DNA of 64,000 nt from Macrostomum hystrix (lineage: Eukaryota; Animalia; Platyhelminthes): positions 2,852,001 through 2,916,000 of the forward strand of contig CATNEN010000024.1 in the NCBI GenBank assembly GCA_950097015.1. Reading direction: 5' to 3'. Below are positions 33,701 to 44,733 of this stretch, one piece after another (the first letter of the stretch is position 1; each line of letters begins with the position of its first letter). The translations under genes were made by a program, and so were the position numbers. The notes beneath the pieces were generated by a model that made no database searches, was not told where the DNA came from, and saw only the letters and a program-made list of their open reading frames with translations.

Positions 33701-35638
33701 TTTCGTTTTCTCCTGACACCTGATATGTGAGTTCAAAGTCTTAAGTCCAAAAGACTCTACACAGGAGACTGTCATTCTGTCAGGCAAAGTGTCTATTTTC
33801 AAATGACTGGACTCACGCGCAGTGGGCATAGGCCCCACCATGCCACCACCTGGCGGTCCGGAACCACCAGAACCGGGCGCCATTGTGACACCACCAGAGG
33901 AACCTACAAGGATGCACCAGTTAGTTATTCAAGCTATTAAATACACTGAGTAAAACAAAAAATCAATTAAAATCGGATAAAGTCAATTTGCTTATGTTTG
34001 CAGAGTTGAAATCATAAATGAAAGATGGTGATGGCTTCAAGTCATAAAAAAGATAATTTTTTTAGAATCAGATCACTTACCTCCGCTAACAGTCGTACTG
34101 GAAGTGCCTGACGAGTCTGTTACAAGAAAAAATAGTTCAGCTTAGTTTCGTTAGCAATGGGAAAAATTAGAAAAACTCAACTAAGTCATGCTCTACTTAT
34201 TAATTAGACGCTCCATCTACTAAGTGGATGCTGTGTCTGACACAGTTGATGCTTCATCTAGAGCAAGTTGACTCTTCATCTAGAGCAAGCTGATGCTTCA
34301 TCTACCAAGCTGATGCTACATCTACCAAGCTGGTGCTCCGCTTACCAAGCTGACGCTCCGTCTACCAAGTAGATACTTTGTCTACCACGTTGAAACTTAT
34401 CTACCATGCTTCTGCATTAGAAATGTATTATAAAACTACAAGCACTTACTCGATGAAGAGGCTAACGATTCGCTAACGCGAGTTTTCTTCGCCGGATTCT
34501 TATTGCACAGCGTCACGGCTGGGAACGGTCGTGGCAGCTGGATGATGGTACTCTTCTGCACACTGATTGGGTACTGGTAGTACTTGTCCACGATTAGCGT
34601 TATCTGCCAGATCATTATGGCTGGAACAAAAGAGGGAGATAAAAGCTGCTTTCTTGATAAAATAAGAGCTATTCATCGAGTTATTTAGCATCATATAAAC
34701 CCTTGGATGATTTAACCCTTGGTTAAAAACTTTTGACGCCAATGGTGCCAACCAGATTTTTCACATAAAATCTCTAAAAATGGAACATTGCTATAACCAC
34801 TGCAGAATATTACAGCATTCAGTGCTAAAACCACATAAGCTACGGGCTTCCTCTGCAAATAAGCTACGCTGAACAATGCTTCGCTCTGAGAGGATAAGTT
34901 GTGGATGTTAATGGCAGGCAGAGAGAATTGAAATCATGGCAGCACTTGGACAACACCTGCTAACACTAGCGCTGGTTCCCAAGTGTAAATTCACAAATAA
35001 TTAATGATGTAAAAGCAGAGAAACCAACCGGAGGGCAGTCTTATGGTGGAACGGTCTTTGATGAAACTCAGCTGCAAGTCCCCAAAAAATTTTCTGTTAT
35101 TTCTATCCTGCTCAGTTTGAAGTGATGGATAGCGAATGCTGATCCAGAGAAGTTCCTCACTGCTTTGACACTGTTTTCATAACAAATACCTGACAAGGTA
35201 TTTTCCTGCAGGCATCTTCAGTATTCGACAATGAAAACTAACTGATTAGACAGACTAGAGTTACTAGATCGATTGGACGGATTAGCAATCAGTTCTGTTC
35301 CTTTGATCCGTGCGGTGGATTGGCAGTTCAAATAAAAGTATCAGAGCGGCAGCCAACTTACAGAGCCCAGCCAGCAGCAGCAGGATCCAGACGGTGCGCC
35401 TGAGGGGGCTGTTGCTCCGGCTGATGTTCGGCAGGCCATGCATGCCGGTGTTCTCAGCCCAGCCGACCATCAGGGCTCGAAATGTCGATCCCTCTGAGTG
35501 CTGCTGCTGCTTAGCCTGAAGCTGCAGTTGGTAGCTGGAGTCCGTCGCTGACTGCGGCAGTGGAAAAGCCATTGGCGGCGTTGGCGGCTGCATGGCACCT
35601 GACTGTGAGTGAGAGTCGCGCGCAGACGAAATTAACAT
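27705..35638 (-). CDS. DEG/ENaC (amiloride-sensitive sodium channel) family subunit, 14 exons
   Basis: Phase-consistent exons: 35638-35362, 34620-34450, 34116-34081, 33903-33817, 33719-33652, 33088-32877, 31000-30730, 30402-30271, 30171-30009, 29932-29863, 29171-29114, 28330-28239, 28167-28059, 27944-27705. Hallmarks: pre-TM1 HG (TGMHGL), FPAVTLCNKNP, GYQIGDFLIEC, YGNCYTFN, Cys-rich thumb (CMKTC...CNC...C...C.QDC), WPS, and TM2 SDMGGQVGLWLGLSVLTLFE. Start codon uncertain (35638 or 35593). Confidence 0.92.
28817..29096 (+). repeat. ~280-bp dispersed repeat, copy 1 (ENaC intron)
   Basis: Nearly identical to 32286-32563 in the same orientation (only about 3 differences seen). Confidence 0.9.
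29290..29416 (-). mobile_element. SINE family A fragment
   Basis: GCGCATCTGAAG...CAGTGCATGGACTG...AACAGCTGGGTGAACTGAAGCAATGC. Confidence 0.85.
29545..29795 (+). mobile_element. SINE family B copy with internal deletion
   Basis: A box TGGCAGAGCGG, B-box-like GAACTCGATTCC, 3' body and (TTA)n tail. Confidence 0.85.
31128..31370 (+). mobile_element. SINE family B copy, 3' truncated
   Basis: A box TGGCAGAGCGG, GAGCTCGATTCC and family body. Confidence 0.85.
31931..32150 (+). mobile_element. Divergent SINE A-related element with a well-preserved tRNA-like head
   Basis: TAGCTCAGTGG A box and GTTCGAATC B box, followed by TGTGTCATTGAGCAGG and CAGTCCACGGACTG. Confidence 0.7.
32286..32563 (+). repeat. 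~280-bp dispersed repeat, copy 2 (ENaC intron), followed by (CAAAC)n
   Basis: Matches 28817-29096. Confidence 0.9.
34240..34410. repeat. Degenerate 21-22-bp minisatellite (GATGCTTCATCTACCAAGCT-like)
   Basis: About 8 imperfect units in ENaC intron 34449-34117. Confidence 0.8.
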
Positions 35639-36069
35639 CCAGTGCAACCCAGCCGGCGCGGGAATGCCACTTTCTGGCGGAGCTGGGCCTGGGTCTGTGG
35701 CAGCAAATATAGGACTGGGGCTTGTGCACCGGCTAGTTGCTTCTCGTTGCCATTGACTACCAAGCAGAGATTTCTCGTGCAATGTGACACACCCCCTTGT
35801 TTAAAAAAATCCCTTGTTTTCCTGGATGGCTTAGATTTGAATGTCGAAGTACGCTACTAAAAGTAGCAAGTTATTACTAGTAGAGTGACCACTGGGGGTA
35901 TTTCAAATACCAACATACTTTTTTCTGTATCTCTTAAAATATTCAAGCTACTATATTGTCTACTCGATAGCCATGAAAATCGAGAACACGGGCTAAAATG
36001 TTTCGCTCTATCCTTGATTTAAATTTCAGAATCACAAAACGTCGGCATCGTCGATATATTCAAAGATTC

Positions 36070-36235
36070 TCGTCGGGCCAACCTCGAGTACAGTGAAAGT
36101 GTACTCTGCCTGTCTACAGCTTGTGTGCTCAGGAGTCAGCGGAATGGACAGAATTGCCTCTTTGCTGTCTGCAGGCCTACTGTCACCAAATGATGTCCCC
36201 ATATAGCCCTCCTGTAAATATTTTTGTCTCATTAT
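36070..36235 (+). mobile_element. SINE family B 3' fragment
   Basis: TGTGTGCTCAGGAGTCAGCGG...TGTCACCAAATGATGT...CCCTCCTGTAAATA. Confidence 0.75.
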
Positions 36236-36244
36236 TACATCCGC

Positions 36245-37262
36245 TGTAGTCCAAGTACATCTATAGCTAGTCCAAGTACATCTACAGCTAGTCCAAGTAC
36301 ATCTACAGCTAGTCCAAGTACATCTACAGCTAGTCCAAGCACATCTACAGCTAGTCCAAGTACATCTACAGCTAGTCCAAGTACATCAACAGCTAGTCCA
36401 AGTACACCTACAGCTAGTCCAAGTACATCTACAGCTAGTCCAAGTACATCTATAGCTAGTCCAAGTACATCTACAGCTAGTCCAAGTACATCTACAGCTA
36501 GTCCAAGTACATCTTCAGCTAGTCCAAGTACATCTACAGCTAACATCTACAGCTAGTCCAAGTACATCTACAGCTAGTCCAAGTACATCTACAGCAAGTC
36601 CAAGTCACCTACAGCTAGTCCAAGTACATCTACAGCTAGTCCAAGTACATCTACAGCTAGTCCAAGTACATCTACAGCTAGTCCAAGCACATCTACAGCT
36701 AGTCCAAGTACATCTACAGCAAGTACAAGTCACCTACAGCTAGTCCAAGTACATCTACAGCAAGTCCAAGTCACCTACAGCTAGTCCAAGTACATCTACA
36801 CCAGATTGCTTAAGTACAGTTGCAGCTAGCCAAGCAAGTACATCTATAGCTAGTCCAAGTACACCTACAGCTAGTCCAAGTACATCTACAGCTAGTCCAA
36901 GTACATCTACAGCTAGTCCAAGTACATCTACAGCTAGTCCAAGTACATTTACAGCAAGTCCAAGTCACCTACAGCTAGTCCAAGTACATCTACACCAGAT
37001 TGCTTAAGTACAGTTGCAGCTAGCCAAGCAAGTACATCTACAGCTAGTCCAAGTACATCTATAGCTAGTCCAAGTACACCTACAGCTAGTCCAAGTACAT
37101 CTATAGCTAGTCCAAGTACACCTACAGCTAGTCCAAGTACATCTACAGCTAGTCCAAGTACATCTACAGCAAGTCCAAGTCACCTACAGCTAGTCCAAGT
37201 ACATCTACACCAGATTGCATAAGTACAGTTGCAGCTAGCCAAGCAAGTACATCTACATCTAA
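36245..37262. repeat. 21-bp minisatellite (AGTCCAAGTACATCTACAGCT)
   Basis: Direct units, plus three recurrences of the interruption ACACCAGATTGC(T/A)TAAGTACAGTTGCAGCTAGCCAAGCA. Confidence 0.97.
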
Positions 37263-38414
37263 CCAAAGTGGGCTAGCCGTTATTCCCATATGTTTTCTTC
37301 TTCACATTGGGCGCTTTGAGTAGACATGAAAGATTCTTGGTTGCCATCGTCCCAGTCTCCTAGTAGGCAAGTAGCCGACGAGTCGCAGTGTTTGGCATGC
37401 CCACAACAACTAGTTCGGCATTGTGAAATGCCCTTCAAATATTTTGTCTTTTTATCGGACAGTTAAAATGTAAATTTACATGAAAAATGTGTATCAACTT
37501 TTCAATTGAACCCCATTAATGTGAATTTTATGTAGGCCTGTTTGCTACTCACCGCGCTAAGCCCTTCGCAGATAATTGTTGGCCTTCTTATCAATTGTGC
37601 TTCGAAGTAGTACAACGTGCGAATTGCATTTTAATAGTGCACAGATTGTGCCAAATGTGACTGGGGCTCCCATTTAATTATTTGCCCTTCTCATCAGCCA
37701 GGTACTAAATGTTTTCATTACACATGCAAAGCTATTTGCCAGCGTATGATTATCAATAACTTGATGTCTGTGATATCTGTCTGTGATAGCCAATGAGCTG
37801 TGCTTAAAGTAATTAAGTTTAAGAAAAACAGAACAATGTCACTTTTAAGACATTCAGGGTTTTATGTTCAAAACACGAAAAGACAAAAATATCTACGAAG
37901 TCTTGGTGAACTCTCAGCTGAATATTATATCTCAGGTGTATCTTCAGAGGTATGTTTTATTGTAAATTCAGGTAAGTAATTTCTTGTTTTGTTCATAAGA
38001 GCTGTACGAAAAGTGACTTAAAAATCAAACAAAGCGAATATATGCGATTTAATAGCAAATAGGAATTAAAATGATACCATCTTATTAGAAATGCAAGAAA
38101 TGCAAAAGAGAAGTTTGAAACAAAGCATGATTTTTCCTAAATTCTATTCGGTCCGTACTAGCAAGAGGCTTTGTATATACCTCGCTGGCTAATGTATATT
38201 GGTTCAATAAAATAATTCTATTAACATTATAATGAATCAATATTATCAACAACAATAGCCGATATGGTTACATGGGGAAATTTGTGAGCAGAAAAATTGC
38301 CACCACCAGACACCACTCCTAGAATCGTTGAATATCTTGACGATCCCGATTATTTTTATTCGGAAAGCCTGTTTTCTGGATTTGCATGGCGATTGTGCGA
38401 ATATTTTAGGAGAT

Positions 38415-38726
38415 AATAATAATAATTTTACAATTGATTACACCTGCCCCAATTGGGTCAGATGTGCAGCCGACAGCACAGCCGCAGCTAATGCGCGGCG
38501 CATCTGAAGGCTGCGTACAGCTGTTCAGTCCATGGACTGGGGGGACGCCACACCTACCTTCAATTATCCCAGCTGATGCTGGTACCCATTTAACAGCTGG
38601 GTGAACTGAAGCAATGCAGAGTTAAGTGTCTTGCTAAAGGACGCAAATTGTTCCAGTGGAGTCGGGAATCGAACCCCCGACCTTTAAGTCGTGAGTCCGA
38701 CGCCCTAACCACTAGGCTACAACCTC
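38415..38726 (-). mobile_element. Full-length SINE family A (tRNA head, MIR-like CORE domain, (TTA)n tail) with TSD
   Basis: Minus strand: GGTTGTAGCCTAGTGGTTAGGGCG (A box), GGTTCGATTCCC (B box), CORE-like block, tail; TTAGGAGAT duplicated at 38406-38414 and 38727-38735. Confidence 0.92.
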
Positions 38727-39260
38727 TTAGGAGATTAGGAGATACAGAAAATGAAACACTGGGGTATTTGAAATACTCTCGTGCTCTTTGTACCGTTTGA
38801 AAGTATAATAGAAAAGAAAAGTAACATGACCTTTTACATATATAGAAAAGTCAGACATTAACAAGACACTTTACATTGTTATGATTTCGTAGAATAAAGA
38901 GCAAGAACTACAGCTAAATTGATGCAACTCTACAAATTAACAAAAGCAAAGTACGCTCGTAATAGAAGCTATAAATTTATAGACCTAAGAAGAACAAAGA
39001 AATTCAATCTATGTAATTTAAGGCTTGCAAAATATTTCATTTGTAAAGAAATCACAAAAATAACAGCCTCCAGTCTGCCTGTACCGGGAGTTAATTGAGA
39101 AAAAACATGAGTTTCAAAATTTTAAGCCATGCTATGCGAAAATGATTCTTGTTATTCAGAAAAAGTAGAATATAAATTTCTGATGAAAGAAATTCTCTGT
39201 TTATGCAATATCGGGACAGGCATGGCAAGCAGATGCGTCATGCCTGTTATGAAAGCGAAG

Positions 39261-40391
39261 TCAGTCCTGCGGGTCCTGGCAGTGCTGGCAATCTGCCATG
39301 GCTTCGACATATTCTTCGATTTGCACGGTCACTTCGTGCAGTTGAAATCGTTGCTTAACCAATCGAGTAGCCGCCAGCAGTACCTCTTGCTGATTGGCGT
39401 CCTTAGCGACGGCGAGGTGGGCGCTGATAGCCGTCTTGTTCATTGTAAGGCTCCAAAGGCGAAGGTTGTGCACCTCGACGACTCCGGGCACCGAACCAAG
39501 CGTCTCCTTGACAACGTTGAAGTCCAAGCCTTTTGGCGTAGCCTCCATTAGTACGCGCATTGTGTCGCGCAGGATGGTGAAAGTTGTGAAAAGGACCAAG
39601 ATGGAGAACAGGAAGGTGCAGATCGGGTCGGCCAGCTTCCACTCGGGCCTGTAGTAGATGATGTAGGCCGCGCAGAGGACGCCGAGACTCTGCAGGAAGT
39701 CTCCGATGACGTGAATAAAAGCGGCGCGGACATTGATGTTCTGATCAGACGAGTGACCGTGACCGTGACCATGATCGTTACCGTGACCATGACCGTGACC
39801 GTGACCGCGACCGTGACCATGACCGTGCTGATGCAGCGTGACGGCCATGATGATGTTGACAGCCACGCCAACACCCGAGGTGATGAGCATAGCCTGGCCT
39901 TCGACTTCGAAGTCCTGATTGATCACGCGCTCAATGGCCAGGTAGAGCAGGATACCAGTGACCACCCAGATCATCAGCACGGAGACAAGCGCGCCTACAA
40001 CCTCTGCCCGGTGCCAGCCGAAGCTCATACGCTTCGTGGCGGGCCGAGAGGCCAGGTAGAGTGCGAGCAGGCTAATCATGAAGCTGGCAAAATCTGTCAG
40101 CAGGTGCGCAGCGTCTGTCATGATGGCCAGGCTATTGGCGATGGCGCCGCCGACAATTTCGCCGGCCATGAACAACAGGCAGAGCAGTGAGGCGAACCAC
40201 AGCTTGCGTCGGGCGGAGCGCTGGCCTAGCAGCAGCAGCTCTTCGCGTACCTGCTCGCTGCCGTGGCAGTGCAGGCCGGCCTCGACGCTGTCGGAGCTGC
40301 TGAGGGTTCGCTGCATGGCATGGTAGGAGGCCTGGTCGGCTCCGGCCGCTAGCAGGCTGCTTTTCTCATTAACGGCTACAGGGACTGACAT
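39261..40391 (-). CDS. SLC30A2: ZnT2-like zinc transporter (SLC30/CDF family, ZnT2/3/4/8 clade), single coding exon, 376 aa
   Basis: HCH motif, ARRKL..AS.LCL.FM.GE, SLAIMTDAAHLLTD, SFGWHRAEV, His-Gly loop, NINVRAAFIHVIGD and C-terminal HNLRLWSLT...AHLA...HEVTVQIE. The symbol denotes the closest clade, not proven 1:1 orthology. Confidence 0.93.
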   Translation of the reverse strand: MSVPVAVNEKSSLLAAGADQASYHAMQRTLSSSDSVEAGLHCHGSEQVREELLLLGQRSARRKLWFASLLCLLFMAGEIVGGAIANSLAIMTDAAHLLTDFASFMISLLALYLASRPATKRMSFGWHRAEVVGALVSVLMIWVVTGILLYLAIERVINQDFEVEGQAMLITSGVGVAVNIIMAVTLHQHGHGHGRGHGHGHGHGNDHGHGHGHSSDQNINVRAAFIHVIGDFLQSLGVLCAAYIIYYRPEWKLADPICTFLFSILVLFTTFTILRDTMRVLMEATPKGLDFNVVKETLGSVPGVVEVHNLRLWSLTMNKTAISAHLAVAKDANQQEVLLAATRLVKQRFQLHEVTVQIEEYVEAMADCQHCQDPQD

Positions 40392-43300
40392 GGCTGACTG
40401 CGGTCTGCTGGAATCTGCAATTTCTAATCCGGAGTCGGTAAAGAAATGAATGCAGCTTGATCTAATTTGTCACGAGTGTTCACTGGACAAAACTGGCAAG
40501 CAGCGGTTTGTCCGCTATTTATCCATTAGCGAGGCAGGCGACCTTCTGACGAACCTTGGGGCGAACCCACCTCAGCCTGGAAATTCTATGGGGTTTCCTC
40601 TCATTAGCTGTCGAGTTCACCTTGTTTCAAATTGTGAAGTGTCAAGGGGCCAGAAGTTATGGGAAGCAGCAGGGGTTCCAGGGGTGGGTGTGTCTTCATG
40701 CTTTGGCCACCCACACGTGCCGCTGTTGATAGCTTAGATAAGTGTTAGGGAGAGAAAATTAAGAGGCACACTTGACCAACCAGTGGTGGAGGGCTAGCAA
40801 ACAAGCACTTTGACACTTTGAGCACTTTGAAAATATATCAAGTATATCAGGTATGTCAAGAAAATGGCACAAAACATCATTAAGCATATTCACGACATAA
40901 ATGCTAGGAATAGCCTATTAAATCCGTGATAAAAAACATCAAGGACAGCTTTTTAAGTCTTTATATTACTGCTGATTAAATTGAACTGACAAGTGTGCTT
41001 GCTTAAATATTGTAAAAACTAACAAAATAATACTATCATTTAACACTAATGTAGCCCATGATGTGTTGACTAAAAGTCTAAATATAGCTGACTATATAGT
41101 ATAGCTTTAACTTGGTTTATGCACATACGAAAAACTAAGACAATTGTTAAATGAAGAACCACAAAACATGTGCTAGCTCTATCAAAAGCAAGATTTTGAT
41201 TTCAGATTAACTCACTAAACTCATGGTGATGAAGTGACATTTGAGTCCTTTAGAACAAGCAGTAACAGTGATTTTATTGAAATTGATTATAGAAAAAACT
41301 TATCTTTCTTATAAATTTTAATATAAATATAAATAGATTAAAAGTATCCTGACTGTCTTAATTCAAAATTTTCATTTTCACAATGATTATAATATGTTGT
41401 GCAATTAAATAAGGTACAATAGCAATGTGAGCTGAAATGCATAAAAATGTGACTGACAAAAGTAAAATTTTATATCTAAAGGATACAAAAGACAACAGTT
41501 CTCTATAAATATAACTCACTAAAATGAATTTGATAATATTGTTTTAATAATCGTGAATCTCATTTGCAGATGAGAAAACCGTTTTGTTCAGTATAAATTA
41601 AGTTAAACTTAGAAAACTTGTGAGCAAAGATTTAATGAATAAACCCAGATTTTAGCTATCCACAGTGAAATAAACTCGCTGTTTTCAGGCTTTGGTTTTG
41701 AATCTTAAAGTATATACTGTTGAGTATTGAGTTTTTATGAAAGTAAAGGTCACCGAACATAAGATTGTTGAACTAAACTTTAAAACAGTTTTTATGTTGT
41801 ATTATCTTTGTGTGTGGCATTTATCGGCACTTTTTCGGCACTAATATACCCATCGTAGGCAGTATTACAATTCACATTGTATATGCGCATCCACGGTCGC
41901 GTGGGCGAAACTCAGTAGACGAGATTGACTTTCGAAGAAAGTTGTGATTTTAAATGGTCGCGTAATTTAAATTTACGGAACGTGATAAATAACTCAGATT
42001 TGTATTGCTGTGTTATGTTTGTTCACTTGCCGGAGAGTGACAGGGCCGTCCTAATACCACGAGGAAAAAATAAATGGCTTCTGTTTAGAACATTCAGTAT
42101 ATTATTAGTTATCAACTAGCTGCGTAATTTATAGGTTAGGCTCTATAAAGTAGTTTATCATGTCCACATAATGTGTGTGATGTTGTAATCGTTAGTCACA
42201 CAAATTTCAGCGATAGACTTTGCTGCATTGGGATGTTATCGGATTACTTAATTAGATGGGTTAATTATAACGTATTCACTACAAGAAGTATTATAGTACA
42301 GATATCGTCACTTCTTTTGTAGCCTAACTCATTTCGCTTGTCTAACTGCAACGATCATAACTGTCTAACTCAAAATAAGTGGTCTAATCTACACATGTTT
42401 GTTACTATAGGAAATGATTTAGATTTGACTGTATATTAAAAGTATGGTTTTGCTTGATACGTAGAGGGCTTAATATTCAATTAAAATTATGTATGCATTA
42501 CTGATAATAGAACTGAAGGTGCATATGAGATCATTACTAAAATAAAGTAATTATCGTTGGATCATTATCTAGTTTCTAATTAATGATCACCTGACTTACA
42601 TCACGTGCCGTACGTCGTTGCATGTAAGCTTTCACAATTTAGCATTCCCCATTGAGTTAATTTAGATTGGATCACACTCAAAGAGTATTTTAATTGTCTA
42701 GTAGCTGGGCGCAGTAATTATCCTACGAAAAAAGCAGAAATAAAATTTGAAGGTCGAGTTCTGAAAATAAGTTAAGCTCTTTACGATTTAGCATTTTAGC
42801 TGTCAAACAGTTATCGCCGATTACAAAATCTATTCGTAATTTTTTATATAAAATATTTATCATTGACTGTATGTAGGCGTCTAGACTAGACTATCGACTT
42901 AGCAATGCACTAATGCAAAAACCAGCATTCTATATAGATTTATTGACGCGATACAATAAATGAGCCATTTATTCTACTGAAAGAATCTCGAAAAACTTCT
43001 GAACTTCGCATCCCTCACGATCGAGATGATGTCATCAAAAGTTTATTTTAATCAACAAGACATTTATATTCCTATAGTTAATGCACATTCTAATCCGCAT
43101 AGTTAATGACAGCTCAGCACTTTGTAAGCGATCGAGTATAATTGCGTAAGGGTGCGGCCGAAGCATATAGGCGTGGCTACTACAACAACGCCCACAGGTG
43201 AAGTAATCGCGCATTTATCACCTTTTTATCAACCCAAACAATAATTGGATTGGCATTTACCTATCTTTCAATAGACTTCCAATGTTCATTTGTCTCCGCC

Positions 43301-44733
43301 CTAAACGACTTGTGGGCACAGCGCTAAAATGATAAAATCAGATTCGCGATCAGTTAAGTTTCAGGCCTTGTTGGTTTGGTCACTCAGACAACATTTTTCA
43401 ATTAATTGTCTTTTAAGTATCCTTTGCTCGGATAGCCTGTATCGCTTTGAGTAAACTGATTTAATCCACTTTGCCTGATCGCCTTGTCTATGTCACAACT
43501 GTTAAACCACCAGAGATTATTGGTGGCCTAAACTCTGCTACCATAGACAAAATTTAACATAATAGTGCACGTATATGTGCTCGAGATTTTATTCTCCACC
43601 GGAGATTAACTCGTGCTAAATATAGCTTCATTGCCTCGAGGCTTGCCGGCGTTCGTCTATGGCATTTATGAGCACTCCATTCTATAATTATATTCCTCCA
43701 TGCTCGCAGGCCTTGGATTAGATTAAAATACCCTTGGCCTCGCCTCTGAGATTATGCATTGAGTATCGCCTCGTTTCAGTGATTTTTCGATTTTTTGATA
43801 AAATTTCTAATGCGCACGCAGTTAAACAATAATGGTTTGGTAGTTCTGACGAATTGACTCTCTGGCTACGACCATTTCTCGCTAGTTATTTCCAATAGGA
43901 ATTAACTAAAGTGTTTTTAAAGTGTTTTAGCCTAAAGTGTTTTTAAAAACTGTTTCTAATTGATCGTTTTGTGAAACCAGTTCACCTTTTCAATTCAAAT
44001 TTGAGTAAAAATAAAAGCTCATTTCAACAAACAAAGAAAATTCCGAGAAGCTATACAGTTATTAAGACCGGCACTCGTGCACTACCTTGCCCATCCCCAT
44101 GCCCTACCTTGCCCTACCTTGCATCATTGCCCATCCCATTCCCAAGCCATTGTGAAAAAAACCTGCTTTGATTTCAGCTTGGCAGCTTTTATAAGGGCTG
44201 TGTGGGCCCGAACTAAAATCGGGCATTGAAGCATTGAAGCTTACCAAGGGGCCCTTCTTGTGGCTAAATCAGTTTGGAGCTGCCCTGTGGCTGTGCTGTA
44301 ACTGAATTCAATCTAATAAGACAGACAGCAAGGAAAGCGAATCTGGGATCAGCTGGACGAGAGGTGCAGATAAATCAGTGCCTGTCCTCCATTTTTTGGC
44401 GCACCTGTTCTCATCTGTAATGAGTAGGCGCGACATCTCGTGTTCTCTTTAGTTTAATTAAACATCCACTGCTGTTGTCTGTTGTCCTCAGCAGCGAGTC
44501 CGGGATGTCAGGCTCATTGGCATTGGTTGAAGAGAGGACCAATGACGACCCTCTCATTGAAGTAGTCAGTTTCACCATATCAATCTGCTACCCTGCTCTT
44601 GCCGCCATGCCAACATAATCCTGTTTGTGTAGTCAATCACCGTTCGGATTAAATATCCACTGCGGATCTAAAGTTGATCGCAAGGTTTCAAATTGCTGAA
44701 GCTTGAGCTGAGGGAACAATTAAAAGAGTGAAC

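Noticed and set aside
35161-35280. Possible extra ENaC exon (SNQLVFIVEY)
   Set aside because: It has an in-frame TGA, and TM1 is already completed by the 35362 to 34620 junction.
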